A DNA stretch of 64,000 nucleotides from Bacteroidota bacterium (GTDB lineage Bacteria; Bacteroidota; Bacteroidia; UBA4408). Made by a program: the position numbers and the translations under genes. This document shows, one piece after another, positions 1-9,666 of the stretch. Under the pieces are notes generated by a model. The model was not told the DNA's origin, made no database searches, and worked only from the letters and a program-made list of their open reading frames with translations. Every line of letters starts with the position of its first letter. The first letter of the stretch is position 1. The stretch lies in contig JADKCP010000004.1 in NCBI GenBank assembly GCA_016718805.1, forward strand, positions 403,652-467,651. Reading direction: 5' to 3'.

Positions 1-1
1 A

Positions 2-190
2 CAAATTGCGAGTGCTTTGCATTTGATAAATGAAATTAATATTTACAATAGCATTGGTGCACTTTTAATTCAACAAAAACAAAATAAAATGCAGGTAAGT
101 ATTGATTTAAGCAGCTATGCAAATGGAATTTATTTTGCTGAAATAAAAACAGCAACAATGATTTTTAGAAGAAAAGTGTTAAAGGAGTAG
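2..190 (+). CDS. 3'-terminal fragment (truncated by the window edge) of a T9SS cargo protein. Only the type-A C-terminal sorting domain is visible. It is a paralog of the next two genes.
   Basis: In-frame translation ...NEINIYNSIGALLIQQKQNKMQVSIDLSSYANGIYFAEIKTATMIFRRKVLKE*, with stop TAG at 188-190. Near-identical to the C-termini of 241..3432 and 3502..6234. Confidence 0.6.
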   Translation, partial: QIASALHLINEINIYNSIGALLIQQKQNKMQVSIDLSSYANGIYFAEIKTATMIFRRKVLKE

Positions 191-240
191 TTTCTATTTA
201 CTATCAAAAGAACATCACTAAAAAACAAAATTAAGATTTT

Positions 241-3200
241 ATGACTATGAAAATAAAACTAAACTCTACCCTATTCCTTTGTTTTATTCTTTGCTGCTTC
301 TTTGCTAGACAGGCAATTGCACAGTGGAGTGTAGTAGACACTTGGCCGGGCACTGTTAAAGATATTTACTTTACAGCAGCCGATACCGGATATGAAACAG
401 GTCTCGGCGGAGTAACCCGAAAAACAAGTGATGGCGGAAACACATGGACCATTAGTAATAGCAGTGAATTTGAGGTGCTTTTCTTTACAAATGACAGTGT
501 TGGTTACCTTGCAGGTGCCAATCAAACCATTAAGAAAACAATGGATGCTGGATTAGTCTGGTTGAATCAAAGTTTTGGGAATGGTAATACCTTCTTTGAC
601 TTATCATTTCCTTCAGCAAATATTGGTTATGCAGTTGGCAGTAGCGGATTAATTAAGAAAACAGTGAATGGAGGCTCTAATTGGACAGTTCTAGTTAGCT
701 CGACAACACAAACCATAAATTCTGTATACTTTTTGAACGACACTGTTGGATTTATAGCTGGAACTGGCGGCTTAATAAAAAAAACCATGGATGGTGGTTC
801 AAATTGGGTAACTCAACATAGCGGAACAGATACCTTATTTTCAATCTATTTTACTAGTGCACAAAATGGATTTGCAGTTGCAAATGGAGGAAAGATTTTC
901 AAAACAAACAATGCAGGTTTAACCTGGATTTCACAAGCAAGTATTTCTAACCAAAACCTAAATGATATATTATTTGTTGATGCAGATACCGGATATATTG
1001 TAGGGAATAAGGGAACCATTTTAAAAACGATTGACGGTGGTATGAATTGGAGGGTACAACCTACCGGATTAACCGCTAATCTGACTTCTATATCCATACC
1101 AAGTGCTCAGATTGGTTATATTGGAGGTTGGGAATATGCTTCTGCAGGGAATTATAAAAAAGCAATACTACTTAAGACAATAAATGGCGGTGGACCAACT
1201 TTAACTTGTACACCGGTATTTATTACGAATTCGTTTGGCGCAATTAACACATGTTTGGGTAATACTAGCACTTTTACCATTTCTGCCTGGGGCACTCCCC
1301 CATTTTCTTATCGTTGGTATAAAAATGGGGTATTAATTGATAGTACAATCGCAACAAGCTCAACAACAGATAACTATACTACTCCAGTGCTCACTAATGC
1401 AGATACTGGACATTTTGTTTATTGTAAAATTACAAATCAATGCTTGGGCGGAACAAGTACAACTGTATCTAGTGATACCATTCGGTTGCTTCGCCCGCAA
1501 TGCATTCCTGTTAGTGCAGTTTATACTAATATGGGAACTGTTTTTGTTTATCTTAATAGTCCAAACCCTATTGCTGGATATGCAACTTTTACTGCTTATG
1601 TAACAGGAACTCCTCCATTTACTTATAGTTGGTATGTAAATAATAATTTGCAATATACCACGACTGACACAGCAAAAAGCCAAACTTTCAATTACGCTGC
1701 AAATGGTGCAACTAGCTACCAAATTATGTGCAAGATATCAAATTGTGATGGTTGCATTTCGGGAACTGGTGGTGGTACAAATGCAGTTTATTGTTATGGT
1801 ATTTTAGACGCCAATTGCCCGATGGCAACATTTACCGATCCAATCAATCAAACTAAAACAACCTGTCAAACTGCAACATTTAGCGTTCCTGTTTATTGTA
1901 CCAATTGCAATGATTTAGAATATTCCTGGTATAAAAACGGTACTTTAGTTAATAGCGGGTCAATGTCTACGTTTGGTTCATTCCCTGTTATTAGCTATAC
2001 AACCCCTGCTTTAACGCTAGCAGATAATGGAAATACCTACACACTTCATGTTGGTTATTGTTGGGATTTTATTTGGGGAGGCGGCTATTGGACTTCCAGT
2101 CCTGCAACCCTTACAGTTATTCAACCTGTAACCATTTCTCAGCAACCTGTAAATCAAATTATAGTTCCCGGCAACACTGCGACATTCTTAACTACAGTTG
2201 CAGGGCCTCCACCGTATTCGTATTCCTGGTATACCAATGGTGTGCTCTCTTCATCAACTCTAAATACTTCCTCGACAAGTTCTTCCTTTACTACACCTAT
2301 ACTTAACCAGACCGATTTTAATAACAGCTATTATTGCGTGGTGAGCAACGGGGCCGGATGCTATACTACCACGAGTGATGTTGTGCATTTGCACTGTGCC
2401 AGTTTTCATTCAGTTGCACTTACGGGCTGTGATTCGGTTTCGCTAAATAATCAAACTTATACACAAAGCGGTGATTATGTTCAGGTGTTTCCGGATTCAC
2501 TGGGCTGTGATAGTATTCTTAACATACATGTTGCCTTGTTGGGAATAAATAATAGCATCTTACAACAATTGCAAGACCTAAGTTTTCAACCTGGAAATGC
2601 TGCCTCCTTCACCACATCTGTAAATGGAAATCCTCCTTTCTCCTACTATTGGTTCAAGAATGGAGTTGTGTTGGATAGCCTCCTTGCCAGCTCTGACAGC
2701 AGTGACACATTTAATATTCCTGCGCTTAGTCTGGTAGATATTGGGAGCTCTTATTCTTGTACTGTCATTTTTGGTGGTGGCTGTGATACGCTCTATAGCG
2801 ACACAGCTCATTTGATTTGTACTACTTCCGGTGCCATCTCTCCTGTGGCTTGTGATAGCATTAGCATCAACGGACAAACCTATACCAGCTCCGGGCTGTA
2901 TGTTCAAACCTTATCCAACAGCTGGGGCTGTGATAGTACCCTTACCATCAATTTAACGGTAACCAATATAATTGATTCTATTCTTCAAAATGGAAGTACG
3001 TTGAGTTCTAGTATATCCGGAGCCACCTATCAATGGGTGGATTGCGAAAATGGATTTGCTGCTATTGCTGGTGCTACTAATCAATCCTTTGCTCCTATTG
3101 TAAATGGTTATTATGCCTTGATTATTAGCAAAGGTTTATGTGTTGACACTTCTGCTTGTTACAATGTAAATTCTGTGGGCATAAACAAATTGGATTTTGA

Positions 3201-3432
3201 GGAAGGCATTACTATTTTTCCTAGTCCGGTAAAGAATATTTTACAAATAGCAAGCACCTCAATGTTGATTAATGAAATTAAGCTTTACAACAGCATTGGT
3301 GCGCTTTTAATTGAGCAAAAACAAAATAAAAAGCAGGTAAGTATTGATTTAAGCAGCCATGCAAATGGAATTTATTTTGTAGAAATTAAAACAGAAAAGG
3401 GACATATTCGCAAGAAGGTGGTGAAGGAATAA
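241..3432 (+). CDS. Secreted multidomain T9SS cargo protein. Architecture: signal peptide, about 8 BNR/Ycf48-like beta-propeller repeats (GxxxKTxDGGxTW), Ig-like modules (PPFSYRWYKNG), two Cys-rich CDS...NGQTYT...GCDS repeats, and a T9SS type-A C-terminal domain.
   Basis: 1063-aa ORF with a hydrophobic N-terminus. Repeated KT(x)DGGxxW motifs. The C-terminal tail KNILQIASTSMLINEIKLYNSIGALLIEQK...GIYFVEIKTEKGHIRKKVVKE is typical of Por secretion tails. Confidence 0.8.
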   Translation: MTMKIKLNSTLFLCFILCCFFARQAIAQWSVVDTWPGTVKDIYFTAADTGYETGLGGVTRKTSDGGNTWTISNSSEFEVLFFTNDSVGYLAGANQTIKKTMDAGLVWLNQSFGNGNTFFDLSFPSANIGYAVGSSGLIKKTVNGGSNWTVLVSSTTQTINSVYFLNDTVGFIAGTGGLIKKTMDGGSNWVTQHSGTDTLFSIYFTSAQNGFAVANGGKIFKTNNAGLTWISQASISNQNLNDILFVDADTGYIVGNKGTILKTIDGGMNWRVQPTGLTANLTSISIPSAQIGYIGGWEYASAGNYKKAILLKTINGGGPTLTCTPVFITNSFGAINTCLGNTSTFTISAWGTPPFSYRWYKNGVLIDSTIATSSTTDNYTTPVLTNADTGHFVYCKITNQCLGGTSTTVSSDTIRLLRPQCIPVSAVYTNMGTVFVYLNSPNPIAGYATFTAYVTGTPPFTYSWYVNNNLQYTTTDTAKSQTFNYAANGATSYQIMCKISNCDGCISGTGGGTNAVYCYGILDANCPMATFTDPINQTKTTCQTATFSVPVYCTNCNDLEYSWYKNGTLVNSGSMSTFGSFPVISYTTPALTLADNGNTYTLHVGYCWDFIWGGGYWTSSPATLTVIQPVTISQQPVNQIIVPGNTATFLTTVAGPPPYSYSWYTNGVLSSSTLNTSSTSSSFTTPILNQTDFNNSYYCVVSNGAGCYTTTSDVVHLHCASFHSVALTGCDSVSLNNQTYTQSGDYVQVFPDSLGCDSILNIHVALLGINNSILQQLQDLSFQPGNAASFTTSVNGNPPFSYYWFKNGVVLDSLLASSDSSDTFNIPALSLVDIGSSYSCTVIFGGGCDTLYSDTAHLICTTSGAISPVACDSISINGQTYTSSGLYVQTLSNSWGCDSTLTINLTVTNIIDSILQNGSTLSSSISGATYQWVDCENGFAAIAGATNQSFAPIVNGYYALIISKGLCVDTSACYNVNSVGINKLDFEEGITIFPSPVKNILQIASTSMLINEIKLYNSIGALLIEQKQNKKQVSIDLSSHANGIYFVEIKTEKGHIRKKVVKE

Positions 3433-3501
3433 TAAGGATTGAAGATTACATCTTGGCACTTCATTTCGAAAGTAGAGTATAAAGAAAAAAATAAAATCAG
3501 A

Positions 3502-6234
3502 ATGAAATTAAAAGTAGAAACACTGACTCTAATTATGCTAAGTCTCTTATTGAGTCTTTCTGCAAAAGCTCAATGGACAACTACTTTTAGTCAAGGAGCA
3601 GCGATTAAGGAAGTGTTTTTTACTTCTAAAGATACAGGATATATTGCTGGGCCGTATGTTACAACCTACAAAACAGAAAATGGAGGCGGCACTTGGAATT
3701 CCTTAGCATCAAGTGGTCTAAATTTAGAAGCTTTGTTTTTCACAAGTGATTCTGTTGGGTATATTGTCGGGGCGAATGAAACCATTAAAAAAACAAATGA
3801 TGCGGCTTCCACCTGGATAATTCAAAACACTGTGACGGGTTCACCAAAATCTTTTTTTGATGTATCATTCCCATCTAAAAATATAGGATTTGCAGTTGGA
3901 AGTTCTGGCTTACTAAAAAAAACCATAAATGGAGGTACTAACTGGACAGCTCTTTCAAGTGGTACTTCACAAAATCTATATTCAGTTTATTTTATTAATG
4001 ATACAATGGGATACATAGCTGGAAACTTAGGCTTGATAAAAAAAACGGTTGATGGCGGTCTTAATTGGATAACTCAAACAACAGGAATAACGGAGCTATT
4101 ATACGGAATATATTTCACTGACGTACTCAATGGTTATGCTGTAGGCGGATTTGGTACCATTCTGAAAACCTCGAATGGTGGAACTACCTGGATACTTTTG
4201 GCAAATTTAACGAACGCGTTCCTGAGTGACATTATGTTTGTAGATGCAGATACAGGTTATATAGTTGGATTTGGGGGTACGATTTTAAAAACGATAAATG
4301 CAGGCACCAGCTGGAGATTTCAGCCAACAGGCTTAACAACAAACTTACTTTCCATTTCTTTTCCTAATGCACTTACAGGCTATATTGCAGGATATGAAAA
4401 TAATGGAACACCTATTAATGGAATTGTGCTCAAAACAACGAATTCAGGAGGTTCAACGTATAGTTGCAATCCCGTTTTTATCACTTCTCAACCAACAAGC
4501 AGTATTGCCTGTATTGGCAATACTGCAACATTTGCTATTGGTGCTAACGGATCTCCGCCTTACAATTATCGATGGTATAAAAATGGGGTACTTGTGGATA
4601 GCACAATTTCCAGTTTAAATAATTTTAATTCATATACAACTGCATCATTAACAAGTACAGATAGTGGAAGTATAGTTTACTGTGTTATTTCTAATAAGTG
4701 CTGGGATAATACGACTAGTCTAATAACAAGCGATACGGCAAACCTTGTGGTAAATCCGGTTTGCACTCCTGTTTCCCTTGTCAATGGATTAGGAAATATT
4801 TATTACACTATTGGGATTAGCAGCTATCCTATTATGTCCATTACAGTTGCCGGAACTCCTCCATTTATCTACCATTGGTACTCCGGTAGCTCATTGGTTC
4901 AAACCGATACACTTTATTCAACGAGTTGCACTTATCAACAGTGGCCGGCTTTAATTATTCCCGGTATATATTCTATTTCCTGCACTGTAACCAATTGTTC
5001 GAACTGTGGTTCAGGAAGTGGAAGCGGCGCCGGTTCTGTCACTAGTTTCGGTTCTTTAAACGTTTATTGTCCTTCAATTTATATATTCACACATCCGATA
5101 AACCAATCTAAGTCAATATGCCAAACAGCTACCTTTAGTGTTTCACTTAATTCAGGAGACCCGTCAATAGTATATGCATGGTTTAAAAATGGAACCTATA
5201 TTCCGGGAACTTACGGACCCTTTAATTCAAGTTATACTACCCCTGCACTCACTTCAGCAGATAATGGGAATACTTATTATTGTAAAGTTACTTCGTGCAA
5301 TGGAATTATGATGAATCAAAGTAATACTGCAACACTAACTATAATTCAGCCCGCTTCCATTATTCAGCAGCCGACAAATCAAAACTTACTACCCGGAACA
5401 ACGGCTACGTTCAATGCTTCGGTTAATGGTCCCCCGCCTTTCTCCTATTATTGGTATACAAACGGTGTACTTTCATCTAGCACATTAAATACTTTTTCTA
5501 CAACTTCATCTTTTACTACACCGTTGCTTACGTCGGGTGATATAAATAATTCCTATTATTGCATCATCACCAATGGAGCAGGCTGTTACACTGTTACAAG
5601 TGATACCGCTCACTTCAATTGTGCAAGCTTTAATTCAATTTCACCAACGGCTTGTGATAGTTTTTCAATTAATGGACAAACTTTTACTACAAGTGGCATT
5701 TATACGCAAACATTGGTTAGCCAAAATGGTTGTGATAGTACCCTTACCATTAATTTAATTGTTACCAATTTAATTGATTCTATTCTTCAAAATGGAGCAA
5801 CTTTGAGTTCTAGTATTTCCGGAGCAAATTATCAATGGGTGGATTGCGAAAATGGACTTGCTCCAATACCTGGCGCAACCAATCAATCTTTTAATCCTAC
5901 AGTCAATGGTTTTTACGCCTTGATTATTAGCAAAGGTTTATGTGTAGATACTTCTGCTTGTTTCAATGTAAATTCTGTGGGCATAAACATATTGGATTTT
6001 GAGGAAGGCATTTCTATTTTTCCTAGTCCGGTAAAGAATGTTTTACAAATTTCAAGCTCATCTATGCAGCTAATTGAAGTTAATCTTTACAGTAGCATTG
6101 GCGCACTTTTAATTGAGCAAAAACAAACTAAAAAACAAGTAAGCATTGATTTAAGCAGCTATGCAAATGGAATTTATTTTGTTGAGATTAAAACAGATAA
6201 AGGACATATTCGCAAGAAGGTGGTGAAGGAATAG
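3502..6234 (+). CDS. Paralog of 241..3432 with the same BNR/Ycf48-like, Ig-like and T9SS type-A CTD architecture.
   Basis: ORF 3439..6234. ATG at 3502 is followed by a signal-peptide-like MKLKVETLTLIMLSLLLSLSAKAQ. The C-terminal ~330 aa are near-identical to gene 241..3432. Confidence 0.8.
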   Translation: MKLKVETLTLIMLSLLLSLSAKAQWTTTFSQGAAIKEVFFTSKDTGYIAGPYVTTYKTENGGGTWNSLASSGLNLEALFFTSDSVGYIVGANETIKKTNDAASTWIIQNTVTGSPKSFFDVSFPSKNIGFAVGSSGLLKKTINGGTNWTALSSGTSQNLYSVYFINDTMGYIAGNLGLIKKTVDGGLNWITQTTGITELLYGIYFTDVLNGYAVGGFGTILKTSNGGTTWILLANLTNAFLSDIMFVDADTGYIVGFGGTILKTINAGTSWRFQPTGLTTNLLSISFPNALTGYIAGYENNGTPINGIVLKTTNSGGSTYSCNPVFITSQPTSSIACIGNTATFAIGANGSPPYNYRWYKNGVLVDSTISSLNNFNSYTTASLTSTDSGSIVYCVISNKCWDNTTSLITSDTANLVVNPVCTPVSLVNGLGNIYYTIGISSYPIMSITVAGTPPFIYHWYSGSSLVQTDTLYSTSCTYQQWPALIIPGIYSISCTVTNCSNCGSGSGSGAGSVTSFGSLNVYCPSIYIFTHPINQSKSICQTATFSVSLNSGDPSIVYAWFKNGTYIPGTYGPFNSSYTTPALTSADNGNTYYCKVTSCNGIMMNQSNTATLTIIQPASIIQQPTNQNLLPGTTATFNASVNGPPPFSYYWYTNGVLSSSTLNTFSTTSSFTTPLLTSGDINNSYYCIITNGAGCYTVTSDTAHFNCASFNSISPTACDSFSINGQTFTTSGIYTQTLVSQNGCDSTLTINLIVTNLIDSILQNGATLSSSISGANYQWVDCENGLAPIPGATNQSFNPTVNGFYALIISKGLCVDTSACFNVNSVGINILDFEEGISIFPSPVKNVLQISSSSMQLIEVNLYSSIGALLIEQKQTKKQVSIDLSSYANGIYFVEIKTDKGHIRKKVVKE

Positions 6235-6312
6235 AAAAGAGTTAGCATTACTAGTATATCTCCACTTCGAAAGAGGAATTAAGTGCGACAATGAGAATGA
6301 GAATGAAGAAAA

Positions 6313-6357
6313 GCAGAAAGAGAATGATTGCTTAACGCTATCATTCTCTTTCTGCTT
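6313..6357 (-). terminator. Hairpin terminator downstream of tRNA-Met on the minus strand. It also sits 3' of the plus-strand gene ending at 6234.
   Basis: Perfect 17-bp inverted repeat AGCAGAAAGAGAATGAT / ATCATTCTCTTTCTGCT with a 10-nt loop. On the minus strand it is followed by TTTTCTTCATTCTC. Confidence 0.6.
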
Positions 6358-6359
6358 TG

Positions 6360-6433
6360 TGGGCCCACTTGGGCTCGAACCAAGGACCAAAAGATTATGA
6401 GTCTTCTACTCTAACCAACTGAGCTATAGGCCC
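6360..6433 (-). tRNA. tRNA with anticodon CAT. This is elongator tRNA-Met or the lysidine-modified tRNA-Ile2; sequence alone does not distinguish them.
   Basis: The reverse complement reads GGGCCTATAGCTCAGTTGGTTAGAGTAGAAGACTCATAATCTTTTGGTCCTTGGTTCGAGCCCAAGTGGGCCC. It folds as a cloverleaf with a 7-bp acceptor stem, anticodon loop CTCATAA and T-loop TTCGAGC. Confidence 0.85.
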
Positions 6434-6495
6434 TCATTTTTAAGGACTGCAAAAGTATATATTTGCACGTAAAAAACAAATTTACGCAAGTACTT

Positions 6496-7137
6496 ATGCA
6501 AACTCAAAACTTACATCGTATTAAGAACCTTGTTATAGATATGGGCGGTGTAATCATTGATATAGATTATAGTCTTACCGCTCGAGCATTTGAAAAACAC
6601 GGGATCAAAGACTTTGAGCATATTTTTACACAAGCTAAGCAATTAGGGTTTATTGATGAATTTGAAAAAGGAACTATAACTCCTTCCCAATTTAGAAATG
6701 AGTTAAAAAATTGTGCAAATATTCATCTTAGCGATGACCTAATTGACAGCTGCTGGAATGCACTAATTCTGGATTTTACACAAGAAAAGTTACAACTGGT
6801 ACAAGCACTTTCGAAGCAATACAACTTATTTTTGCTGAGTAATAATAATGCCATTCATTTCCAAAAATTAATTAGCAAAATCGAACAAATAGTTCCCTTT
6901 GCAGACTTCAGTAGTTTATTCCTAAAAAACTATTATTCGCATCAGCTAAAAATGCGAAAACCGGATGCTGAAATATTTAATTATGTGCTTCAGCAAAATA
7001 ATTTATTGCGAGATGAAACCTTGTTTATTGATGATTCTATACAACATATACAATCGGCAGAAAAAATTGGAATACCTTGTTTGTTCGTTCGTACATCAAG
7101 CACTTTGTCGGATTTTTTTGACATGAAAAAACACTGA
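6496..7137 (+). CDS. HAD-superfamily hydrolase (subfamily IA-like).
   Basis: ORF 6463..7137. N-terminal motif IKNLVIDMGGVIIDID resembles HAD motif I. Size is ~210 aa. The start could alternatively be 6463. Confidence 0.5.
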   Translation: MQTQNLHRIKNLVIDMGGVIIDIDYSLTARAFEKHGIKDFEHIFTQAKQLGFIDEFEKGTITPSQFRNELKNCANIHLSDDLIDSCWNALILDFTQEKLQLVQALSKQYNLFLLSNNNAIHFQKLISKIEQIVPFADFSSLFLKNYYSHQLKMRKPDAEIFNYVLQQNNLLRDETLFIDDSIQHIQSAEKIGIPCLFVRTSSTLSDFFDMKKH

Positions 7138-7217
7138 GTGCAAAGAAAAAAAAATCATTTCTTTATCGCTCCTTTTTTATTTAAGTTTGCAAACAGTATA
7201 AAAAATCTTACACAAGC

Positions 7218-7958
7218 ATGAAAATCTTAGTTTGCATCAGTAAAGCTCCCGATACTACTACAAAAATTGCGTTTAAAGATAACGATACCCGTTTTAATGA
7301 GGATAATGTTCAGTACATAGTAAACCCTTACGACGAATGGTATGCTTTGGTACGAGCACTGGAATTGAAAGAAAGTCTTGGTGGTAATGTTACCATTATT
7401 AATGTTGGTCCTGCCGATAATGATGCAGTAATACGAAAAGCATTGGCCATTGGTGCTGATGATGCAGTTAGAATTGATGCTGACCCAAGCGATGCCTACT
7501 ATGTAGCTGAACAAATAGCACATCATGCAAAAAGCGGCAATTACGATTTAATTATGACCGGTAAGGAAACAATTAATTACAACGGTGCTTCAATTGGAGC
7601 CATGTTAGCGGAATTGCTCGATTTGCCCTTTGTATCGCTCGCTACCAAATTGGAAATGAGTGGAAATACAGCCACCATTGAACACGATATTGACGGTGGA
7701 ACCGAGGTTGTTGAATGTACAACTCCTTTGGTTTTGAGTGCGAATAAAGGAATGGCCGAAGCACGCATTCCTAACATGCGTGGAATTATGGCTGCGCGAA
7801 CAAAACCTTTAACGGTTGTTCCGGTTGCTAATGCTGAAGTATTAACATCCATTAAAAATTATCAACTCGCTGCCGGAAGAGTCGATTGTAAATACATATC
7901 GGCTGATAAGCCTGAAGAGTTAATTGACCTGTTGCACAATGTAGCCAAGGTAATTTAA
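7218..7958 (+). CDS. etfB: Electron transfer flavoprotein beta subunit.
   Basis: MKILVCISKAPDTTTKI...NPYDEWYALVRALELKE is an EtfB hallmark. It is followed directly by etfA. Confidence 0.85.
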   Translation: MKILVCISKAPDTTTKIAFKDNDTRFNEDNVQYIVNPYDEWYALVRALELKESLGGNVTIINVGPADNDAVIRKALAIGADDAVRIDADPSDAYYVAEQIAHHAKSGNYDLIMTGKETINYNGASIGAMLAELLDLPFVSLATKLEMSGNTATIEHDIDGGTEVVECTTPLVLSANKGMAEARIPNMRGIMAARTKPLTVVPVANAEVLTSIKNYQLAAGRVDCKYISADKPEELIDLLHNVAKVI

Positions 7959-8017
7959 CTTGCACGATTGAAACGAAAATAGAACCAGATAAAACAATCA
8001 CTGAAATCCCTAAATAA

Positions 8018-8998
8018 ATGTCAGTTTTAGTAATCGCAGAACTATCAAAAGGAAAAATTAAGAAAGCTTCATTGGAAGCAACGAATTATGCTGCAAAAAT
8101 TGCAAGTCAATTAAGTACCACGGTTACAGCTGTTATTATTGCTAAAGCCGGAGAGGCTTCATTGGGCGATTTAGGAAAAGCAGGTGCAAGTAAAGTGCTT
8201 TGCATAAGCAACGAAAAATTAGCTTCTCAGGATTCGCAATTAATGACAAAAGCCTTGGAACAGGCCGTTGCAGCAGAATCGGCAGATGTTATTGTTTTTT
8301 CACACGACTTTACTTCAAAAGCTGTTGCTCCACGTTTAGCAGCCAAATTAAAAGCAGGATTCGTACCCGCTGCTGTGGGTTATCCAAGCATTGAAGGTTC
8401 GGCTTTTTCAGTGAAGAAAAATGTGTTTTCAGGTAAAGCAATAGCTGATTATGTAATTCATTCTACCAAAAAAATAATTGCTTTACTTCCTAATTCATTT
8501 CCTGTAACACTAGGAGAAGGAAGTGCTGAAGTAGTTGATTTTTCGGTTAATTTAGACGGAATTGAATCACGCATTAAAGTAAAAGAAGTTAAAAAAGAAA
8601 GCAATGAATTATCACTGCCTGAAGCTGAATTAGTAGTGAGTGCAGGGCGGGGAATGAAAGGTCCAGAAAATTGGGGCATTGTGGAAGATCTTGCAAAATC
8701 GTTGGGTGCTGCAACAGCTTGTTCACGACCAGTAAGTGATATAGGATGGCGTCCGCATCATGAGCACGTAGGACAAACGGGTATTGCAATTCGTCCAAAT
8801 TTATACATTGCCATTGGTATTTCGGGGGCTATACAGCATTTGGCCGGTGTAAACGGAAGTAAAACAATTGTTGTGATAAATAAGGATCCGGAAGCTCCCT
8901 TTTTTAAAGCAGCCGATTATGGTATTGTAGGAGATGCATTTGAAATTGTTCCCAAGTTAACTGCAGCTATTAAGCAATTTAAAGCAAATCAACATTAA
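8018..8998 (+). CDS. etfA: Electron transfer flavoprotein alpha subunit.
   Basis: C-terminal FAD-binding motifs IAIGISGAIQHLAGVNGSKTIVVINKDPEAPFF, preceded by etfB. Confidence 0.85.
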   Translation: MSVLVIAELSKGKIKKASLEATNYAAKIASQLSTTVTAVIIAKAGEASLGDLGKAGASKVLCISNEKLASQDSQLMTKALEQAVAAESADVIVFSHDFTSKAVAPRLAAKLKAGFVPAAVGYPSIEGSAFSVKKNVFSGKAIADYVIHSTKKIIALLPNSFPVTLGEGSAEVVDFSVNLDGIESRIKVKEVKKESNELSLPEAELVVSAGRGMKGPENWGIVEDLAKSLGAATACSRPVSDIGWRPHHEHVGQTGIAIRPNLYIAIGISGAIQHLAGVNGSKTIVVINKDPEAPFFKAADYGIVGDAFEIVPKLTAAIKQFKANQH

Positions 8999-9053
8999 TT
9001 AATAGTTGAACAAAAGGCGGTAATACCGCTTTTTGTGTTTCTAAAATAACACT

Positions 9054-9653
9054 ATGCGAAAAATTAAACTTGAAATTTTAAGTTTATCCTATAGCCAAAC
9101 TCATTCGAGTTCCTTTACATTGGTATTAATTGAGCCAAAGAAAAACAAAAAACTCCCCATCATCATTGGTAGTGCCGAAGCTCAATCTATAGCAATGCAG
9201 TTGGAAAAAATGGTTTCACCTCGTCCGCTTAGTCATGATATTATTAAATCGTTTGCTGATAAATTTGCTATTCAAGTAACCGAAATCATTATCTATAACT
9301 TAATTGAAGGAGTATTTTTTTCAAAACTTATTTGTAATAATGGTGGTCAGGAAGAAGAAATTGATTCGCGCACATCCGATGCAGTAGCTATTGCCCTTCG
9401 TTTTAATTGTCCTATTTATACCTATGATTTTATATTAAGCACTGCGGGTATTTTGTTGGAAGATGATGTGTTGGAAGATTTGCAAAAAGAAAATGAAGCA
9501 GATGATAACAGCGGTATTCATGACCCTCAAACCGAATTTAGTTCCTATACATCAGATGAACTAAAGCATCAGTTAAATAAGGCCTTAGAAGAAGAAGACT
9601 ACGAACGTGCTACCCAGCTTAGGGACGAAATAGCTAAACGAAAAAACACTTAA
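9054..9653 (+). CDS. Bifunctional nuclease (BFN/DUF151) family protein with a C-terminal UVR motif.
   Basis: LPIIIGSAEAQSIAMQLE...SRTSDAVAIALRFNCPIYT matches the BFN core. The C-terminal EEEDYERATQLRDEIAKRK is UvrB/UvrC-like. Confidence 0.7.
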   Translation: MRKIKLEILSLSYSQTHSSSFTLVLIEPKKNKKLPIIIGSAEAQSIAMQLEKMVSPRPLSHDIIKSFADKFAIQVTEIIIYNLIEGVFFSKLICNNGGQEEEIDSRTSDAVAIALRFNCPIYTYDFILSTAGILLEDDVLEDLQKENEADDNSGIHDPQTEFSSYTSDELKHQLNKALEEEDYERATQLRDEIAKRKNT

Positions 9654-9666
9654 AAACCTATATTTT

